A stretch of 63,335 nucleotides of DNA, the filler included, from Phoronis australis (taxonomy: Eukaryota > Animalia > Phoronida): the NCBI GenBank assembly GCA_002633005.1. It is 10 parts of 10 records of this genome, joined end to end, with 100 filler letters (N's around TTAATTAATTAA, not from the genome) between each part and the next. Parts side by side here need not be neighbours in the genome. Positions count along the whole stretch, not along the records: positions 57,427 to 60,824 come from NMRA01003042.1; positions 60,925 to 63,335 come from NMRA01003682.1; 8 more parts are not named here. One strand, given 5' to 3'. The notes beneath the pieces were generated by a model that searched no databases, was not told the DNA's origin, and saw only the letters and a program-made list of their open reading frames with translations. Made by a program: the position numbers and the translations under genes. Positions 60,756 through 63,335 of the stretch are shown here, piece by piece; the stretch's first letter is position 1, and every line of letters starts with the position of its first letter.

Positions 60756-63335
60756 CTGGAAAGTGATAACAACTCTTATTAATTATTTCAAGTGGAATTT
60801 TCAAATACATTTTGCATCTACGAGNNNNNNNNNNNNNNNNNNNNNNNNNNNNNNNNNNNNNNNNNNNNTTAATTAATTAANNNNNNNNNNNNNNNNNNNN
60901 NNNNNNNNNNNNNNNNNNNNNNNNTTAGTGGGTCTAGTTAATTCGAAGTTTTTGGTTAAATCACTGATAATATTCACACCAGTATACCAATAAACGTTTT
61001 CTCTATATATAGCAGTTTGATTCCAATGCTGTAAGTAGTGCGTACGACAGGAATTGGCCCTTGACCGGCCCGGCCCATAGTAGTATGGGAGCTAAAATTC
61101 AGCTCTAAACCAAAGTAGCTGTGTGCGGAAAACTCACCTGAGATGTTTACGATCCACTTCAGGGGAAAAAACCTCGTTGTACCTAACAACAATTTGTTTT
61201 CGAGTACTTCGGGCATGGTTTAAAATTGAAAGGGGTCATTTCAAGTTGAATTTATGAGAATTGTATTGCTGCATTGCGAACTTGAACTACAGTCGATTGA
61301 GGTAGTGCGAGATAAGGCAACGAGTAAGGACAGCTTTGATTTGCTTACAAGTGGTGGCTCATGATATTGGCCAGACATCTGTAATAATATGTTTTATCTT
61401 TCCTTTTTGACGGAATATATTTTAATTTTTTGGGCTACAAAATGTAGAACAACCTTCCTGGTGCTTCTCTCCAGTGAGACACGCGGAGAGTGGAGCGTTA
61501 ACTGGTCCATAAGCGATGACCTAGTTTACGCAGAGAACCTGGTGGATGACCTAGTTTACGAATTGCTGGTAATGATTTTAGCTTATAACTACGAGTTTCT
61601 AGTCCAAGTTTGCACTTGAAGACACTTGGTGCAACAGACTCAAAATTTCGAGTTCAAACTCGAACTTTTAGTCTCAAATTTTTCTGTGGTAAAATCAGAC
61701 GCGATATAGAGCTTCAAAGAACTGACGGTAAAATAACGTTTGAAAACATACAATACACGTTGGCTTGTCACGGCGTGTCGTTTATGACTCGAGTGTCATC
61801 TCAAAAAGCAAGGAGCTGGCAGTTCTTTGCAAAGGGTTGCTATCAAAAACTTTTATAGTGGTAAGTAATGCGAGTAAAAAGTACGTTTCGTGGACGGAAC
61901 GCGGGCTTGCAGCTGCTACAAACTGTACACGACTGAGTCAAAACCTTAGTGACTGTAGACGTGTACCTGCATGTCACTTAAGTCACCAACAGCTGGGCAG
62001 ACCTACAGTGTACGTGGACATTTACTTGGACTGCTATTCCAAAAAACTTCTAGAACTTTGAATAGTGAAATAACTTCTAGAATAAAACGCCAGATTCATC
62101 CCTATGAAGTTTTCAAATCCACCGCCCCGAATCATTTACTACGTAAGCCAACGCTGGAGTGCAAGCTAGTGTTCTCTTACGGACATAAATGGTCTCGAAT
62201 AATATATAATTGTGGGGGCATGCGGTCAAAGAAATTGGACTGGCTGGTGATTGAAATTATTTTGTTATATCAAAGGTCAAATTTAAATTTCCCATTTAAG
62301 GGAAATGTGCTACATTTATGTCTTGCCATTCTAAATAAGGGGATGTGCTTTGCATTGTGGGGGAAAATCAACAAAGTGACGAATAGTTGACAGATAGTAT
62401 TTTTGAAATTTGAAACTAAAAGAAAAATGCTTTGATATCAACAAAATTCAAAATCTTTACGTACACAGCGTAAAAATACCTGGTGTACAGTTTGACCTCT
62501 GTTTCAGTTGCAGAAGACCACTTTGAACAATGCTATTTAGTCTGTATTTTACGTTTTGTATCACTTTAGTAAACTAATAGAACCACCTTGTTCTTTCAGT
62601 GCCACTGATCTCGATAGGCTATGTGCAATTTCCTTCACATAAAACACATCAACACATGAAAACTTGACATACTGTCTCTACAAGATTGTAGGAGTCACAG
62701 GTGAGGCTTAGACCGCGTGCTCAAATGTAGGTCTAGACTTGGACTCCATACATTTTAATAGCGTGTTGTGTGTAGTGCAGTCTTATTAGGCTGCAACTCT
62801 ACTACTTCACAGCTTCTTTTAAACGACCAAAAATTAGCTGCTAGGCAGATCCATTATGTCTCTCGCCCACTCCGTTCACTTTTTGTCTGCAAATCTGCAG
62901 GTAAGATGATTGCTCATCAACAGGTAGGCCTACTTTAACTATAAACAACTGTGCATCATTCAACGATGTTATTATGCAAAAGTTTAAAATGTTCGACTTC
63001 ATATATAAAATTTGCTTTAGAAGGGCATTAAAGACACTGGATTTTTTTAATTTGGGGCAACCATATTACTGTACTAGTAGTACCATGGCATAAAACAAAG
63101 CTGACTTCCGTAGACTTCAAGACATTAGATTGCAAGTACGGTGAATAATCGCCTATAGACCCAATTCACGCGGCGGACTTTAAAATCCAAAGCAAGGCTC
63201 AGTGCGATAAACAAAGCGGAAGTTGACTTCGTCAACCAATCATTTCAGTGGTTGCCGTTCTGGGCCCGGTCTCCAATCTCCGTACTCAGACTCATACTCA
63301 TACTCGAGATTTCATACTCAAAATCGTGCTCACTG

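Noticed and set aside
1-63335. Prokaryotic operons, CRISPR arrays or defence systems
   Set aside because: No long ORFs and no repeat-spacer arrays; spliceosomal introns and animal genes occur throughout.

Overview
This is eukaryotic DNA: an AT-rich, intron-rich animal (probably marine invertebrate) draft scaffold. It is broken by about 11 gaps, most of them 100-bp N-TTAATTAATTAA-N spacers. Almost all ORFs in the supplied track are noise, because the real genes are split into short exons. Genes I could rebuild from splice signals plus protein similarity: first coding exon of HDHD3 (+, 5.4 kb); first coding exon of EXOC3/Sec6 (-, 32.9 kb), head-to-head with an unidentified membrane-protein gene; NDUFB1 (+, 38.9 kb); eight exons of CSTF1 (+, 45.3-54.4 kb); and the last five exons of a FAM227-family gene (-, 57.6-60.8 kb) containing a U12-type AT-AC intron. 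The most interesting signal is an exon about 1.7 kb upstream of NDUFB1. It carries a complete 54-aa ORF with a hydrophobic segment and appears to splice directly onto the NDUFB1 exon, which predicts a bicistronic microprotein + NDUFB1 mRNA. The rest is dense with transposon debris: a MULE-like foldback with a 9-bp TSD, a degenerate LINE, a tandem Helentron/HINE, a Gypsy LTR+PBS+gag cut by a THAP-bearing TTAA (Kolobok-like) element, hAT/Harbinger/pogo MITEs, tRNA-derived repeats, and a 62-bp perfect palindrome with a 7-bp TSD. All identifications are by eye and from recalled family motifs; no database searches were run.
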